Of a stretch of 64,000 nucleotides of DNA, positions 61,548 through 64,000 are shown piece by piece. The position numbers and the translations under genes are program-made. The notes under the pieces were generated by a model. The model was given only the letters and a program-made list of their open reading frames with translations. It was not told the DNA's origin and did not search any database. Source of the stretch: Mustelus asterias (Eukaryota). How positions within the stretch are numbered: the stretch's first letter is position 1; each line of letters begins with the position of its first letter. The stretch is taken from NCBI RefSeq assembly GCF_964213995.1, contig NC_135811.1, positions 25,544,001-25,608,000 on the forward strand, written 5' to 3'.

Positions 61548-64000
61548 AATATACTTACCATCGTATTAATGCCAATGCTTTATCTACTGCCATTTTAATG
61601 GAGCTGGACACAGAGGCAACCAAAGTGCCCAGCAGTGATAGGCCAATTTATTATGCAAATTGAGGTTCTATAATGTACAGTGGATGTTAAATGGCATTCT
61701 GGGAAATGGCTGGTTGGAGTGTGCAGCATACATGTTTGAGTGCTTTTATAGCAGAGGAAGTCCCAAAAAAGATGAAAATTATATTTGTGGGGCCGAGAGG
61801 AGGCGGAATGCTCCTTCAGGCCCCATAAAAAGGCTCACCCTTCCCATACAAAATCTAAACATGTGGATCGTGCAGTAGTTCTGTTTGGAGACACCGAAAG
61901 TGGCTGGAATTGTCAGGTATCTGAGTCACCACATTAAAAAGGAGGTTCCACTAACAAGAGTAATTTCCTCTCACCACAGGGTCACTGAAAGAAACCTTTA
62001 ACTCCTGTAGGTTTTAGTCACCTTCTTTTCTGAAATCCCGATGGTCCCACGGAGTAAATCTCTTCCAGTGGTTGGCAGTAAATCATTCATAGAGACATGA
62101 GAGATGGATGATACTTTGAACTGGAGTACGGTTTTTACAACTAGCCCTGTGGGGAGCCAAGTAAAATTCATAATCTAAAGAGGAAAAATGAAGAAGTTCA
62201 TATTCAGTGCAAAATCCAGTCCAGGAATTGTATTGCAAGAAAGAAATGTACAATATTTATCACTTTTCAACAAAATAACTGCTTCAGAAAACCTATTTGG
62301 TTTAAAACTAAGGCTGGCACATTCTAACAATAATCTTCCAGGTTATTTCTTCCATGGTTTTGGATTTTGGATTAGGCATTTTCTTTTCCCCTGTGATTTT
62401 GCAATACTTTGCTGCAATTTATTCCTTTATGACAGACTGCCGCAGTTCAATACACTTGTGAATATCAGTTGTCTTTTATCACAATGAAGGGACACACTAT
62501 ACAATAGCTTCCCAATGTTTACCAGCAAACTTGACTGACTGCTCATGAATGCAACTTATTTATTTTTCTTTCATTCAGCTGCAGCTGTGCAGAGCACCAA
62601 TTCGGAGAAGCATCACTTTTTGTGTGCAATTTATATATATTCTGTTAATTAGAATTCTAATGGACTTACTTTGTGATGTTATTTTCTACATACAGTACGG
62701 GAATAACCTTGGTAAACCGACAAAATTAGTGTCAGAACAAGGGAAGCAGAGTCGCTTCAGCACCACCTAGTTAATTATTAATCGAATAAATGCATCCTTT
62801 CTTATCGTGGATTGTTATTAAATATGCGCAGAGTCTAAACTTGGCAGCAAGTGGCGATAGGAAACTTCCATTTAATCGAATACAGAAAATCACAGCCCAT
62901 TTATTTACACGGTGGATTTAATGTTTCTGACTGTCAAATTTCAAAAAGGAGATAGGTGTCAACTGCAAAGTTTCCCAGATGTGGTGAAATGTTGCTTGAA
63001 AATGTGTCCATCCCTCCTCAAACATTCGGAGACACGCAGCTATAATGCTTGTTTCAGAATCGAGTAAGGCAAGCATTGCAAAAGCTAGCGCAGAGTGGGA
63101 AAGACGTCGAGGAGGATTGACAGCTGTTGGCATGATCAGCCACACACCAGCTCAACCTGTTCTTTAAGCAACTGGTCATGTGTGACCTGAGAAACAGAGA
63201 GAGGCTGGGATTTCAGTCAAACTTCGACAAAAGAAAAATTTAAAGCAGCTTAGTTTCAGAAATCTGCAAAAATAAAATCATTAAGTTGTGCCTTCCATTA
63301 CCTGTGGTATTGAAAGCAAATTATTCAATGTATCTTTTGTGCATTAATGAAACACATCATAATCGAAATGGATCATCCGCTAGGCAAACATAACGTACTG
63401 AATTCTGCATCTAATCATCATTTATAACTAACATCAATTAACGTCAAGCCCCAGAGTTATTGTTATTCACAAACATGACATCCTAATTTTCAAGAAAAAA
63501 TTGAAGTAGTTGGATTAAAGCCTTTGTCACAATAGGAATGGTGCTGTTCGAATGTTTAGATAATTTCAAGGCATTTAACATTCACTTTTAAAATAGTGAA
63601 AATAATTGTCATGGAACCTTATGGTTTGGAAATGTCAGGATATCGGTGGTCTGATCCTGCCTAATAAAACATTCCTGCGCTGCTTGTCTATGGAATCCAG
63701 AGACTAAAAACTGACAAAGTTTGCAGCTGCGAGCTATAAAAGTTTGTAGAACTGTGATCTTACAAGTCTGAAGAATTTAACCTCGGAATAAACCTGCATT
63801 TAATCATTTGGCTTTTGTGTTTTACTTTTATGGAGCAGGGAACTCTGCCAAGGAGAAAAATGTCAAACATTTGAAAAACATGATTTAAAAATGCAATGTG
63901 AACCAAAAAAAATACAATGGAGAAATAAAGAACAATTTCCAAATTGCAAGAAGACTTTGGATTCTCCGATCTCGTCCATGGCTGGGATTCGCCAGTCCCG

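Overview
Repeat-rich, apparently intronic or intergenic vertebrate DNA, most likely from a shark or other elasmobranch (HE1-like V-SINEs, DeuSINE relics, CR1/HER1 LINE tails, Penelope-like elements). No host protein-coding exon could be supported. The main structure is a 7.8-kb minus-strand composite at 14458-22279 bounded by one 5-bp TSD (GTGGT). It consists of a Ty3/Gypsy element with a nearly intact gag-pol, joined directly to the 3' half of an endogenous retrovirus (integrase C-terminal half, gamma-type env, PPT, complete 772-bp LTR) that sits at the TATA box of the Gypsy 3' LTR. The Gypsy element has no tRNA-type PBS; the PBS position is instead complementary to its own LTR, suggesting self-priming. 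A second highlight is a near-perfect ~3x337-bp tandem array (52663-53666) of a Penelope pLTR unit, each copy carrying a minimal type I hammerhead ribozyme, which resembles a retrozyme. Several palindromic Penelope insertions with 11-13-bp TSDs and hammerheads also occur. The rest comprises a decayed second Gypsy element, solo LTRs, Harbinger-like Myb/SANT relics, MITE-like elements and four minisatellites. All calls are by eye; family names need database confirmation.
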